NCBI GenBank assembly: GCA_951406725.2
Contig: OX597815.1
Coordinates: 21,638,001 to 21,702,000 of the forward strand
From: Octopus vulgaris
Taxonomy: Eukaryota
Reading direction: 5' to 3'
DNA: 64,000 nt
Below, piece after piece: positions 41,877 through 54,804 of the stretch (position 1 is the first letter of the stretch; each line of letters starts with the position of its first letter). A program made the translations under genes and the position numbers. Below the pieces are notes generated by a model, which saw only the letters and a program-made list of their open reading frames with translations, made no database searches and had not been told where the DNA came from.

Positions 41877-42166
41877 GAGGCACATGGCCTAGTGGTTAGA
41901 GCAGCGGAATCACGGTCGAGGGATCGCGGGTTCGAATCTCAGACCGGGTGATGTGTGTGTTTATGAGCGAAACACCTAAGCTTCACGCGGCAACGGCAGA
42001 AGGTAATGGCGAACTTCTGCTGACCCTTTCGCCATAACTTTCTCTCACTCTTTCATCTTGCAGCTCACCTGCGACAGACTGGCGTTCCGTCCAGGTGGGG
42101 AACCTATACGCCAAAGAAACCGGGAAACCGGACCTTATGAGCCAGGCATAGCTCGAGAAGGAACAC
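41877..42166 (+). mobile_element. tRNA-derived SINE, group C, with V-domain-like segment
   Basis: A box TGGCCTAGTGG and B box GGTTCGAATCT; the 3' part resembles 7855-8072. Confidence 0.88.
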
Positions 42167-42762
42167 ACAATATTTTTGATGAGTTATTGATATTGACAAG
42201 TAAGGTGCTGCAGTATTTGTTGTTGGGCTGGTGATTTAACTCTGAGTCACGTAAAGGTTCCTGAGTTCACTTCTAACTCAAGAATAATAAAAAAAATACT
42301 TCTTACTATAAAAGGTTGTTGTTTTCCTTTCAAAATAAGAAAACAAACAGGAAAGATGAAGTTAACATGAACAGATATATTTCGAGCTAAACGAATTCTT
42401 CGGCTTAACATTATTATCTTCCGGAACTCCCCTATCATCCCCACCACCCCAAGATTACTGTCCTTTATACTTAACCGACAGCATATATATGAAAGGTCAT
42501 TTTATCCTTGGAAGATTTAAACTCAAGAATTTTATTCACAATCTTAGGCATTGTTATAATTGCAGTTGTCACCAGGATGATTCTGAAAAGTGAGACAATC
42601 ATTTATCATCAACAATGAAAGAAAAACAATATGACTGAATATTATTAAGGTTTTATGACATATTATAATGAGCTTCTGTTTCTTTTCTTCATCCTAAGTA
42701 TTTAGCAATCACATAGAAGAAAGATATAGCTATAATATCCGCCCAAAACCTTGTTATTTATA

Positions 42763-43337
42763 CTATTTCTTTACTACCCACAAGGGGCTAAACACAAAGA
42801 GGACAAACAAGGACAGACAAACAGATTAAGTCGATGATATCTGTTTCTTTATTGCCCACAAGGGGCTATACATAGCGGGGACAAACAAGGACAGACAAAG
42901 GGATTAAGTCGATTATATCGACCCCAGTGCGTAACTAGTACTTATTTAATCGATCCCATAAGGATGAAAGGCAAAGTCGACCTCGGCAGAATTTGAACTC
43001 AGAACGTAACGGCAGACGAAATACGGCTGCGCATTTCGCCCAACGTGCTAACGATTCTGCCAGCTCGCCGCCTTTATTTTATATTTTTAATTATATTTAA
43101 TACATATTACTTTACTACCCACAAGGGGCTAAACACAGAGAGGACAAACAAGGACAGACAAACGGATTAAGTCGATTACATCGACTCCAGTGCGCAACTG
43201 GTACTTAATTTATCGACCCCGAAAGGATGAAAGGTAAAGTCGACTTCGGCGGAATTTGAACTCAGAACGTAATGCCAGACGAAATACGGCTACGCATTTC
43301 GCCCGACGTGCTAACGTTTCTGCCAGCTCGCCGCCTT
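42763..43337 (-). mobile_element. Two SINE family A copies plus an extra tail segment
   Basis: Units at 42763-43074 and 43110-43337. Confidence 0.92.
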
Positions 43338-43869
43338 ATATATACATACATAAAATAAAATGTTTTATCTGTATTGGGATATAGCTAACCTGACACAGCC
43401 AAATAGGAAGAATAAATTACCCAGACAAAAGCAAAAAGCAAAAACAAAAAATAAAACGAACTTAATACACGTTAATTAGCAGAATACCAACGAAGTGTGC
43501 GTTATGTGTACATATATGCATGGAAAAATATCCATGTGAATTCCAAGCTGCAAAAAGGCATTCCTTGGTTTGATTTTATAGAGAATATCAAAGCCTACCT
43601 AACAACTAAATAGTTGTGTGTAGGAGGAGCGAAACTGGCACTCATTCAGGAATGGTTGACTCTGTTTATATCTTGGTGCACTTAATGTAATCAGCAGCAA
43701 TAGTAATTTAGTGAACACCGTTTAAAAATTTCCGGTTTAGTGGATGCAAGTCTAGTCCATCGAGTCTCTATTGTTACGGATTCTTAATAGGTGGGAGAAA
43801 TCATTGTAATGTATTGACTATATTGAGTTTTAGGTGCTATTCAAGAACTACAGTAATGTATGAACTAGC

Positions 43870-43937
<68 letters not shown>

Positions 43938-44135
43938 CAGGCGATGCAAGCATTAGCATATACGCACACATACATATATGGAACATTTTGCTTATCAATT
44001 GATTGATTGATGAACAATATCAAAAGGTTATTATACAAAAAGAACAAGAAAAACCGTGAGAACAGCCACAATCAAATGAGGTAAATGTACACGCACTCTT
44101 CTTTCTTTCTCTCTATCTTCCCTTCTCTCTTGATA

Positions 44136-44166
<31 letters not shown>

Positions 44167-44644
44167 TCGTACGCAACACACTCACACACAACATACACAC
44201 ATATATACACACGCACATTCTGACCTAGCGTTTATCCCAAATTTTAGTGCAGTGATCCCTTTCATGCATATTGATATTACTAAGCAAATCCAGTCAATGC
44301 GTCACTTCATCTAATATTAGGAGCCTTTCACTGTTAGCTGTTCATAAAGGTCCCATTTTCCCCACCACGAGAAAATCACTTACTCGAGGTGGGATTTGAA
44401 CTGGGGATACCAAGAGTTGGAAACAATACACCATGGGTTCATATCTACCTCTAATGATTCCGCCCAATCTATCGACCCTAATGCTTTAACGACGCTTCTA
44501 GCTCGCTGTATTTACACACACAGACACACATGAAATACCTTACATGTTTATCTAACGTGTAAAACTCCCTAATTCCCATTAGCAAATGAAACATGTGTAA
44601 TGGTGAATAAATAATATCAATACATTTTCCAACTTCCTGTTTTG

Positions 44645-44711
<67 letters not shown>

Positions 44712-44767
44712 CATATATACATACATATATATATATGTATGTGTCTGTCTGTATATATATGTATGTG

Positions 44768-44826
<59 letters not shown>

Positions 44827-44986
44827 CCTTAAAATCCTTAAAAATGTTTTAGCCCGAAGGCTGCGGCCATGCTGGGGCACCGCCGTTGAATGAGCTACAC
44901 TAGTATGTGAAACCACCTCTGATACGTGACACTTGATCAACAAGGGAGTTCGATGCTGCTGCCCGCATATATATATATATATATGA

Positions 44987-45275
44987 CACAAGTGGTTCTA
45001 AAAACTCACAAGAACTGTTTCAGCATCATTAGGTCAATTTTTAACACATAAACACGACTTGTTTAACTATGGTAGACAGTGAATTGGTCATTTTCTGTGC
45101 CAATCTTGTTTAAAAAATTTACCTGATGATGGCATATTTTTTCCGAAGAATGCATCTATGTTGCCGAAACAGCTCTTTTGAGTTTTGAACCCCACTTGTG
45201 TTCTTTTATACATGCGCTACACTTGGAACCGATCCTGGGTAGGATCTACAGTTTATATTAGATTTGGTACCTATG
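44987..45275. mobile_element. Fold-back Penelope-like insert with hammerhead core
   Basis: Diverged inverted arms at about 44987-45045 and 45107-45200; CTGATGA-T-GGCA...TGCC-GAAA-CAGC-TC at 45123-45175; TA-rich flanks. Confidence 0.65.
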
Positions 45276-45529
45276 TATATATATATAGCTACATATGTGC
45301 GTGTACATATACATACGTACATTATACTACTAACATACAACTAATAATTACTTTAAAGTACTGAGAGCTCGATACTAAGTCCCCAGCCATTCGTGGCGTC
45401 CTACATGCTGATATACCTAGATTCTAATGAACATTGTAACATATCTCTCCCTCTCTCCCTCTCCCTCTCTCTCTCCCTCTCTCTCCCCCTCTCTCCTCCT
45501 CTCTCCCCCTCTCTAATGTAATGTAATTA

Positions 45530-45705
45530 CATGCGTGCTGTTGCTGATTTCATTTCCTTCTTTGGACGTTTCCCTTTCTCCTTTCCGACGAAGAGCTTTG
45601 CTCGAAACGTCAAAATCTCGCTTTTCATCGAGCGTCAAGCTAATGCATTTCTTGTGCACGTCCTCATGTTGTCCGTTTTTATTCGTTTATTTGAACTGAC
45701 TATAT
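45530..45705 (+). mobile_element. Penelope-like pLTR fragment with minimal hammerhead
   Basis: TTT-CCGACGAA-GAGC(TTT)GCTC-GAAAC-GTC-AAA at 45582-45614. Confidence 0.7.
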
Positions 45706-45897
45706 ATACAGAAGCACAGTTAAAGGTTACAAAGCTTATTGAGGGATAGTAAAATCCTATGAAATTACTAGTTAGAATTACTATACAAAGAATATTGAAC
45801 ATTATATTTAATACTCAACTGCAAGGTAACTATATAAACCGTGGTTTATATATATTTATTTATTATAATAATAAAATGAGAAAATAGAGAAGTATAC

Positions 45898-45952
<55 letters not shown>

Positions 45953-46467
45953 CAGTATTTAGCAGAAGCAACAGACTGACTCAAGGGCCGAGAACTTCGT
46001 GCGTTAGAACTTACAACACTATATATAACACAATATAACATAATATAATGTAAAAGAATTATGTACATGAGACAAAAAAAAATAAATAATCGATAGTGAG
46101 GTAGCGTAAAGTACGTATAGACCATGTGTTCACAGCCTAGAATATCGATGTCCTCGGCTTTGTCAGGACCACATACGCACGCACGCACGCACGCACATAT
46201 ACGCATGCGTATTGTGCGTATACAAAAAGAAAAAGGAAGAGGGGGGAATACGCATGTATATTCTTGTGCTACTTGCATTTAAGCCCTTATCATATTGGAC
46301 AGCGAAAATGTTCAGTGTCTAAAATGAGAAACGTGTTGAAGAAATGGGATGATGGTCATATGTAGTGTCATTCAAGATTTGGAAAATTTGATATGTACTT
46401 AGTAAAAAATCTGATGATCAAAGTCAATACGAGATGAATGAAATGGAAACATAATAGGGTGTGTATT

Positions 46468-46700
46468 TGTTTCTTTATTACCCACAGGGGGCTAAACACA
46501 GAGGGGACAAACAAGGACAGACAAACGGATTAAGTCGATTATATCGACCCCAGTGCGTAACTGGTACTTAATTTATCGACCCCGAAAGGATGAAAGGCAA
46601 AGTCGACCTCGGCAGAATTTGAACTCAGAACGTAACGGCAGACGAAATACGGCTACGCATTTCGCCCGGCGTGCTAACGTTTCTGCCAGCTCGCCGCCTT
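46468..46700 (-). mobile_element. SINE family A, near-consensus, with 18-bp TSD
   Basis: CATAATAGGGTGTGTATT at 46450-46467 and 46701-46718. Confidence 0.95.
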
Positions 46701-47994
46701 CATAATAGGGTGTGTATTGTCAATTGTCATTGTTCAATACAGTCGAAACTGTTTCGTAATGTATATCTTTTGCTGGGCTAATTTCACATTAATAGAATCA
46801 GAAGAGGCAAACAGGGAGAAAAAATGATTTCTGTTGATCAGCCGGATGATTATGGCATCCCAGCTGAGACATCTCCTTTCTTTTTCAGACTACATACACG
46901 AACTCCGTCACTCTTATTTGAAGTAAGTAGAATGTGATTTGAATATCGGTTAGGTGATCTTCTTTCGATGCAATTAGAATGTTTGTGTGAGGTAGTTGTA
47001 TCAATTTATATACATGAACCCTAAATTTATTTGTGCCTTTTCAGGTTCTGAAAACGAAGTCCAGATGCGCGCTTTAGATACATCTAAAAGATGCATCTAA
47101 AGCAGTGATTTGCAGCCTTTCTCTGCCAAGATCTCCAATATACTTTTATGTATCATAATCAATGTTCAAAGAATGATTCATTTTCAGTTGTATTGTGCCA
47201 CGCTTAGTAAGGCTCAGTCTGTTTCTCTTTTGATTTAATACAATACCGATAGCAGAAAAACCCTGCTTCCACGTGTCATATAGTCAGAAAAAATAATGAT
47301 TGATTCAACTAGATTGAAAATTTCTACTATTTACCCATTTTCAAATTTTTTAATTATTTGTAAGATATTTTCCCTGACACGGTAGTTGATTAACAACTAG
47401 GGTTTTTTTTTTTCATTTTTGTAATATCCTTAAATTTGCTTGCAAAATATTTATATAGTCAGTTCGTATGCTCTAGCCAGTTTTGGATATAGTTCGCTGT
47501 TGGGTTGCCGTTTGCAAACTGTTTGAAAACAGCAAGTTATTTTGGAAATTGATTCTACAAATAAGGTGAGTTTTCCCGAGAGCTTTAATTTTTGACAAGC
47601 AGCTTTAATTTGGATCTCACAATGTATCATTTGATTAACAATTAATTTGGCAGTCGTGTTTTTTTAATTGCGTTTGGTCCATTCAGAGAAGTCTTGAATA
47701 GTAAAAATTTGATTGTTTCCTTAAGGGTAATCGCAGTCTTATATTCTCCATAACCACACAATAACTTAAATTATCATTCAAAGCACTAGCTATAGTAATA
47801 TCAACAGTTTAAGCTGTTACGGAAAAGCCCTCTCCGTGTTATCATCCAAGTGCTTTACTGCAATGAATACTGCAATGCATATGTAAAATATGAGGCACAA
47901 TTTTTTTCATCATTCTTTTTATAAATTCTTTCACCGTACCAGTATCATCCAAACTAATTTGAATCACGTATTTATTGAGATTTGTTTATCTTCT

Positions 47995-48218
47995 GTTGTA
48001 TCTGGGGAGAGTCATTTTCTTTTTTTACCTTATAATGTAACACACTCACAGGTAAAATTTCCACTTTTTTCTTATTTTATTTTCCTAAAATTTTCGTTGC
48101 GCCTTGCAATCTTTTCAAAAGGCACAAAAAAAAAAATGACTCTCCCCAGACACAACAGAATATACTTCAACACACGAACTCATATAAAGAATCTTGCAAA
48201 CCAAATCCAAAAACGAAA
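47995..48218. mobile_element. Fold-back insert with 12-bp TSD and decayed hammerhead, related to 54483-54804
   Basis: TSD TGTTTATCTTCT (47983-47994, 48219-48230); arms at 47991-48018 and 48133-48160; the right end TTCAACACACGA...AATCTTGCAAA is shared with 54759-54795. Confidence 0.7.
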
Positions 48219-48577
48219 TGTTTATCTTCTATTCTACCTATCACTTTATCAGAGATGATGTGTTCACCTTTTCATGAATAGCATCTCCTCTCCGAGATTG
48301 TTCATGTGTACAAAACGTAGATAACTTGAACAAATGTATTTACTTGAACTAAAGCGTTGAACACTTTTTCTAGAAAGCGGAATTTGTTTGAGACTAGATG
48401 CAACTTTCTTTGTATGGTATTCTTCCGCACACACAGATGCATCACAGCCTTTAGAAGCTTTCCGTCAATAATCTCAGGATCAACGGCAATTACCAATGGG
48501 TTCGGACGCTCACACACGTTAGCTAATACAATAAACCATACACCTTTACAAACGCACACATACAATATAAAAGCGTG

Positions 48578-48628
<51 letters not shown>

Positions 48629-48879
48629 TTATGCACACATACACACACACTTACATACACACACACACTTACGCATACATACACACACACTTACACACAC
48701 ACACAAACACGTAGCTACAGAAACACATACATGTTCGCACACATATATGCACAAATATACATGCGCACACACAAAACATAACCCTCCCCTCCCCCCTCCT
48801 CTTCATTCCCAAACTTGCAAACGCAACCATACACGAACACACACATAACACACACGTGTACACACATACACACATGAGA

Positions 48880-49260
48880 ATAAACACATGAACATACACA
48901 CATGAACATACACACATGGACATACACACATGAACATACACACATGAACATACACACATGAACATACACACATGTACATACACACATGTACATACACACA
49001 TGTACATACACACATGGACATACACACATGAACATACACACATGTACATACACACATGTACATACACACATGGACATACACACATGGACATACACACATG
49101 TACATACACACATGTACATACACACATGAACATACACACATGAACATACACACATAAATATACACAGATGAACATACACACATGGACATACACACATGGA
49201 CATACACACATGGACATACACACATAAACATACACACATGGACATACACACATGTACATA
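48880..49260. repeat. 14-bp minisatellite (TG[A/G/T]ACATACACACA)n
   Basis: Direct reading. Confidence 0.9.
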
Positions 49261-49450
49261 TATACACGTGCATACATACACGAACATACACACACACACA
49301 CACACACACATGCACGTACATATTCACCTGTACATATGCACGTACATATCAACGAATCAATATACACCTCTATACATTCATTGACATGCACACAAGGAAA
49401 CTGAAGCAAACTCATGCAGATTAACACAACAGATTAAACCATACCGCAAT

Positions 49451-50242
49451 ACCTAAGCAAAGTACGCAATACATAAAGTGGACATTTTGTCATTTAAAGC
49501 ATTCATAAACTATTACACTACTAGTTCTACTTTCTTCTTTTTAGGATACATACATACATACATACACACATACATACATACATACATACATACATACATA
49601 CATGCGTACATACATTCATACATACACACATACATACATACATACATACATACATACATACATGCATGTATACATACATACATACATACATACGTACATA
49701 CATACATACATACATACATACATACACATACATACATACATACATACATACATACATACATACATACATACATACATACATACATACACACATGCGTACA
49801 TACATACATACATACATGCATGTATACATACATACATGCATGCATGTATACATACATACATACATACACACATGCGTACATACATACATACATACATGCA
49901 TGCGTACATACATACATACATACATACATACATACATACATACATACATACATACATACATACATACATACATACATACATACATACATACGTACATACG
50001 TACGTACATACATACATACATACATGCGTACATACATAAATACATATATGCACAGCTTATATACAGGGTGCGTACGATATTTGAGGACATACCTTTTTTG
50101 AGTCACAACTGCATTTTTTGTTAACTCTGTATAATCTTTGTTTCAGAAAATAATAATGACAGACCCTCAGCTTACTCAAGAAATGAAGATCCATGCTGTT
50201 ATTGTGTTGTAAAGGCTGAGCATAGTGATTTAGAAATATCTC
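49451..50242 (+). repeat. Local duplicate of 52273-52994: unique flank, (TACA)n and maT left end 50064-50242
   Basis: Near-identical flanking sequence; bounded by TAAACCATACCGCAATAC at 49435-49452 and 50493-50510. Confidence 0.85.
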
Positions 50243-50256
50243 GACTAAACCATACC

Positions 50257-50487
50257 TATTTCTTTATTACCCACAAGGGGCTAAACACAGAGGGGACACA
50301 CAAGGACAGACATAGGTATTAAGTCGATTACATCGATCCCAGTGCGTAACTGGTACTTAATTTATCGACCCCGAAAGGATGAAAGGCAAAGTCGACCTCG
50401 GCGGAATTTGAACTCACAACGTAACGGCAGACGAAATACCGCTAATCATTTCGCCCGGTGCGCTAACATTTCTGCCAGCTTGCCGCC
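50257..50487 (-). mobile_element. SINE family A with 17-bp TSD
   Basis: CTCGACTAAACCATACC at 50240-50256 and 50487-50503. Confidence 0.93.
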
Positions 50488-50695
50488 TCGACTAAACCAT
50501 ACCGCAATACATGTGCACACACTGACAGACACATACAAGCAAACACAGATGCACATATACACACACGCACCAACATCAGATTTGATCAGAAACTCAACCT
50601 CATGTATTAGCCAAAACAAACCTTACCGCTCACACACGTACGCTTATACACTAACAAACCATATGTAATAACATGCACTCACAAATGCATACAAA

Positions 50696-51110
50696 TGCGC
50701 AGGAGAGGCTGTGTGGTAAGTAGCTTGCTAACCAACCACATGGTTCCGGGTTCAGTCCCACTGCGTGGCATCTTGGGCAAGTGTCTTCTGCTATAGCCCC
50801 GGGCCGACCAATGCCTTGTGAGTGGATTTGGTAGACGGAAACTGAAAGAAGCCTGTCGTATATATGTGTATATATATGTATGTGTATGTATGTTTGTATG
50901 TCTGTGTTTGTCCCCCTAGCATTGCTTGACAACCGATGCTGGTGTGTTTACGTCCCCGTCACTTAGCGGTTCGGCAAAAGAGAACCGATAGAATAAGTAC
51001 TGGGCTTACAAAAGAATAAGTCCCGGGGTTCGATTTGCTCGACTAAAGGCGGTGCTCCAGCATGGCCGCAGTCAAATGACTGAAACGAGTAAAAGAGTAA
51101 AAGAGTAAGA
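50696..51110 (+). mobile_element. SINE family B, full length
   Basis: Homology to family B, with (AGTAAAAG)n tail. Confidence 0.93.
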
Positions 51111-52394
51111 GTTATACAAACAAACACAGAAACTCACTCACCGAACAGGTAACAGCAATGTTTGAATTGAATCACCTTTAAACTGGCAGAGGCGGTTAAC
51201 ATCAAACAGACTGGCTAAGTAGGTGCAAATTGTGGTCAATTACAGTCAGTTGCACTTTCATTGCTTGGTACTTCTTCCCCTCGCCGCCGTACATGCATCG
51301 CAGAGAATGGTCTTGAAAGCATGGTGTGTTGGTCGCTCCCCTTGCAAACTGAGATCCACTGTAAACGATTCCATGCGATCGGAATTTTATTCCTGTGGAT
51401 ATTTCTTCATAATAAAAAAAAATAAAATAAAATTCTCGAACGCGAGAACCAACTGATATCGATGTGCGTGTGTGTGTGTGTACGTGTGTGTGTGTGACTG
51501 TGTGCGTGAATGTGTGTTTCTGTCCCTCTTTCATTCTCTCTCCCTCCCTCTCCCCTTCTCCCCTCTCCCTTTCTCCCATTTCCCCTTCTCTTCTTTCCCA
51601 TTCTCCCCTCCCTTTCCTCTTTCCTCACACTCCCCTTCTCTTCTCTTCTCCCCTTCCACTCCCTCTCTCCCCTGTCACCTCTCCCCATCTCCCCTCTCCC
51701 CTCCCTCTCTCCTTCTCCCCTCCCTCTCCTCTCCCCTCCTTTTGCAACTCCCCTCTGTCTATCTATATGTACTGACATAATATATATATGTGTACATAAA
51801 CGCGCGCACACACACATACATACGTACATACGTACATACATACATACATACATATGCGCGAGTACTTGTGCGTGTGCACGCGCGCGTGTGTGTGTGTGTG
51901 CAAGCGTGTTTATGTATGTATGTGTGTGTGTGTGTCTATCTGCCTGTCTGCCTGACGATGTTTCTATCCAAGAAAGCGGTGTTTAAAAGGCTACGAATTC
52001 ACTCTTTGTACATGCATTGTCTACCTAGGTTCGATTAACTTTTGCACATTACGTTCAGTTTCTGTGCATTCAGTCGTCAGAGAAAAACGAATCCATGGAC
52101 GAGCGCATGTACGCATGCACGCACACGCGTAACCCCACCTCACCTCACCCTCACACTTCCTTTCTCTTTGAAATAGTGTGAGTGCATTAGAATCGTTATT
52201 GTGGTGGCTCAACTCACAAAACTTTAATAATTGTTATATGTCTCTGTTTAAATCGGGGGGAAAATCCCATTAACCTAAGCAAAGTACGCAATACATAAAG
52301 TGGATATTTTGTCATTTAAAGCATTCGTAACTATTACACCACTAGTTCTACTTTCTTCTCTTTAGGATACATACATACATGCATACATACATAC

Positions 52395-52791
52395 ATGATG
52401 GCTGCCCCCTCCTTATCGAGTATGGCCATTGCACGAAGCTTAACTGTTACTGGTGCTGTGATCGAATGTGACTTTTAGCCCAGCTAAAGATCTACAATGT
52501 CTTGTACAGAATTGGCAACTAATACCTTTACCGGTAATAGGCGGCTGTAGTTGTAACTGGGCTTCATGTACCTTTGCATGTCGTTTAAGTCCTCCTGCCG
52601 AATTACACTCTCTTCCACATGCCCGACAGATATGATTAGTATGGTGTGTAACACCACCACCAGTGGCCAGGTTGTCACTAATCTGTCTCGTTTTATGACA
52701 ACGAAGATGACTCATGAGTTCAGCTTTACTGAGGCAGGGTCTGGCACAGGCACTGTATGTCAGCGTCATAGGAAGATTCTTCCCACCTGAA
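52395..52791 (-). mobile_element. RTE-like LINE 3' end encoding three C2H2-like fingers
   Basis: SACARPCLSKAELMSHLRCH; CRACGRECNSAGGLKRHAKVH; CQFCTRHCRSLAGLK. The 3' end CATACTCGATAAGGAGGGGGCAGCCATCAT runs into (GTAT)n. Confidence 0.75.
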
Positions 52792-52815
52792 ATACATACA
52801 TGCACAGCTTATATA

Positions 52816-53758
52816 CAGGGTGCGTACGATATTTGAGGACATATCTTTTTTGAGTCACAACTGCATTTTTTGTTAACTCTGTATAATCTTTGTTTCAGAA
52901 AATAATAATGACAGACCCTCAGCTTACTCAAGAAATGAAGAGGCATGCTGTTATTGTGTTGTAAAGGCTGAGCATAGTGATTTAGAAATATCTCAATTTT
53001 TAAAAGTTGCCAGATCTTTCGTCTACAAAGTTTGTAACGAGCTAGAGACTGAAGATGGAAACGTATCACCAGTATCAAAGCATAAAAAGCATTCCAACCG
53101 CTCTGAAATCATCAGAACATCTGAATTTATCCAGCAAGTTCAACAGACCATTGATTACGATTGCAGAAAGTCCATGAGGTCAATTGCAAAAGATCTCCAT
53201 GTGTCAGAATGAAGAGTCAGAAATGTTGTCCACGAAGACATCAGATATAAATGTTATATAATTAGGAAAGGTTAATTTGTCCGAAAAAGCAAACGAAAAT
53301 CACTACATCGGATTCAAAAGGCTCTTAAACAAACTGAAAAATCTCGCAGAAGATTTCATTTGATTTTTCTCAAATGAGAAAAACATCGAACAAGATCAAA
53401 AAGTTAACAGAAGAAATGACAGATAGTTATGTGTAGACCCTTCTGAAGTTCCAAGTGTTATGTATACAAAATTTCCTGCAACTGTCATGGTTTTAGGAGT
53501 TGTCAGCAATGAAGGACATGTGATGCCTCCTGCCTTCTTTCCACGAGGCCTTAGAGTTAACTCTTCCGCCTTCACTGAAGTCCTGGAAATAATTGTTAAG
53601 TTCTGGATTGACAGTGTAAGCAATGGAAGGCCACATGTGTTTCAGTAAGACTCTGCACTATCACACATGGCTCTAGTAACAAAGGAATGGATGACTGAAA
53701 ATTTTTATGATCACATAACTCCTAACGTTTGGCCTCCTAATTCCCCAGATCTCAATCT
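52816..53758 (+). pseudogene. maT (DD37D) transposon: left TIR and disrupted transposase, cut off by a SINE
   Basis: TA|CAGGGTG terminus, ATG at 52908, KFPATVMVLGVVSNEG and FQ*DSALSH...WPPNSPDLN. The spacing gives 37 residues if NPLD is restored as in the 5.7 kb copy. Confidence 0.9.
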
Positions 53759-53759
53759 C

Positions 53760-53870
53760 CTCGTGGAGTTTAGGTGTTTTCGCTCAAAAAACGCTCACAA
53801 CGCCCGGTCTGGAAATCGAAACCGCGATCCTACAACCGCGAGTCCGCTGCCCTAACCACTGGGCCAGTGC
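53760..53870 (-). mobile_element. 5' part of a group C SINE
   Basis: TGGCCCAGTGGTTAGGGCAGCGGACTCGCGG...GGTTTCGATTTCCAGACCGGGCG. Confidence 0.85.
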
Positions 53871-53996
53871 TCATCACCACATTAGTGGATAGATAGTCTT
53901 TATTTGTTGGTTAACAAGGGCACCGATAGTTTCATGTGAAAAGATGTTCACAAATGTTCAAGCCACATGGAAGTGTTGGTATTCTGGAGATGCGTA

Positions 53997-54057
<61 letters not shown>

Positions 54058-54482
54058 TGAAATACGTGTTTTGCCTATTTCATGAACCCTTGAAGGATGA
54101 AAGTAAAAGTCGACATCGGTGAAATTTGAACTCATGACGTAAAGCAACAGAATTAAATCTGCAAAACCTTTTGTTTTGTTCTACTAACTCTGCCAACCCA
54201 CCTTATATATGAAACATAGCGATTTCTAAAACGTAGGCAAAATACTATTTGCTTAAGGAAACATTATGACCATCCTTATTCTGGTAGGAAGAAAAGCACA
54301 ATTGATATCGGAGGTATTTGAACTCTAAATACATACAGGTAACAATCTTGATTGTTTCTTTCTAGTGCGTTTCTTTCTAGTGCGTTTGATTAACTTCGTT
54401 CATCGATTGAAACCACAGAAAAGTCACCTCAACCCATTTATCTATTCAGAAAAACCACTTTAAATAAAATAATGGAAATTAT

Positions 54483-54804
54483 TGTTGTATTTAGGAATGG
54501 TCATTTTGCCAGTTTAGCCAATAAAAACACACGCACTATATATTTGGTGTTATTTTGCTTCAGTGTTATTCATTTTTTACATTAATCTTAATTTTATTTC
54601 GGCCAGAGTTCTTTCGTCACACTCCTGTGACCTCACCAGTAGTCCTTTGCTTTCTTCTTTCTTATTTGTGTGTCTCTCCTTACTAACAGAGAGACACATT
54701 TTGCCAGTTTATTGGCTAAACTGGCAAAATGACCATTCCTAAATACAGCAATATCTGTTTCAACACACGATTTCACATAAAAAATCTTGCAAAACAAATA
54801 TATA
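54483..54804. mobile_element. Fold-back insert with 12-bp TSD and hammerhead core in the spacer (minus strand)
   Basis: TSD AATGGAAATTAT (54471-54482, 54805-54816); 45-bp arms at 54481-54525 and 54708-54752; minus strand CTGGTGA-G-GTCAC(AGGAGT)GTGAC-GAAA-GAACTC-TG at 54639-54604. Confidence 0.8.

Noticed and set aside
53049-53066. CTGAAGA-TG-GAAAC-GTA hammerhead-like string
   Set aside because: It lies within the maT transposase coding remnant and has no stem II and no convincing stem I; likely chance.
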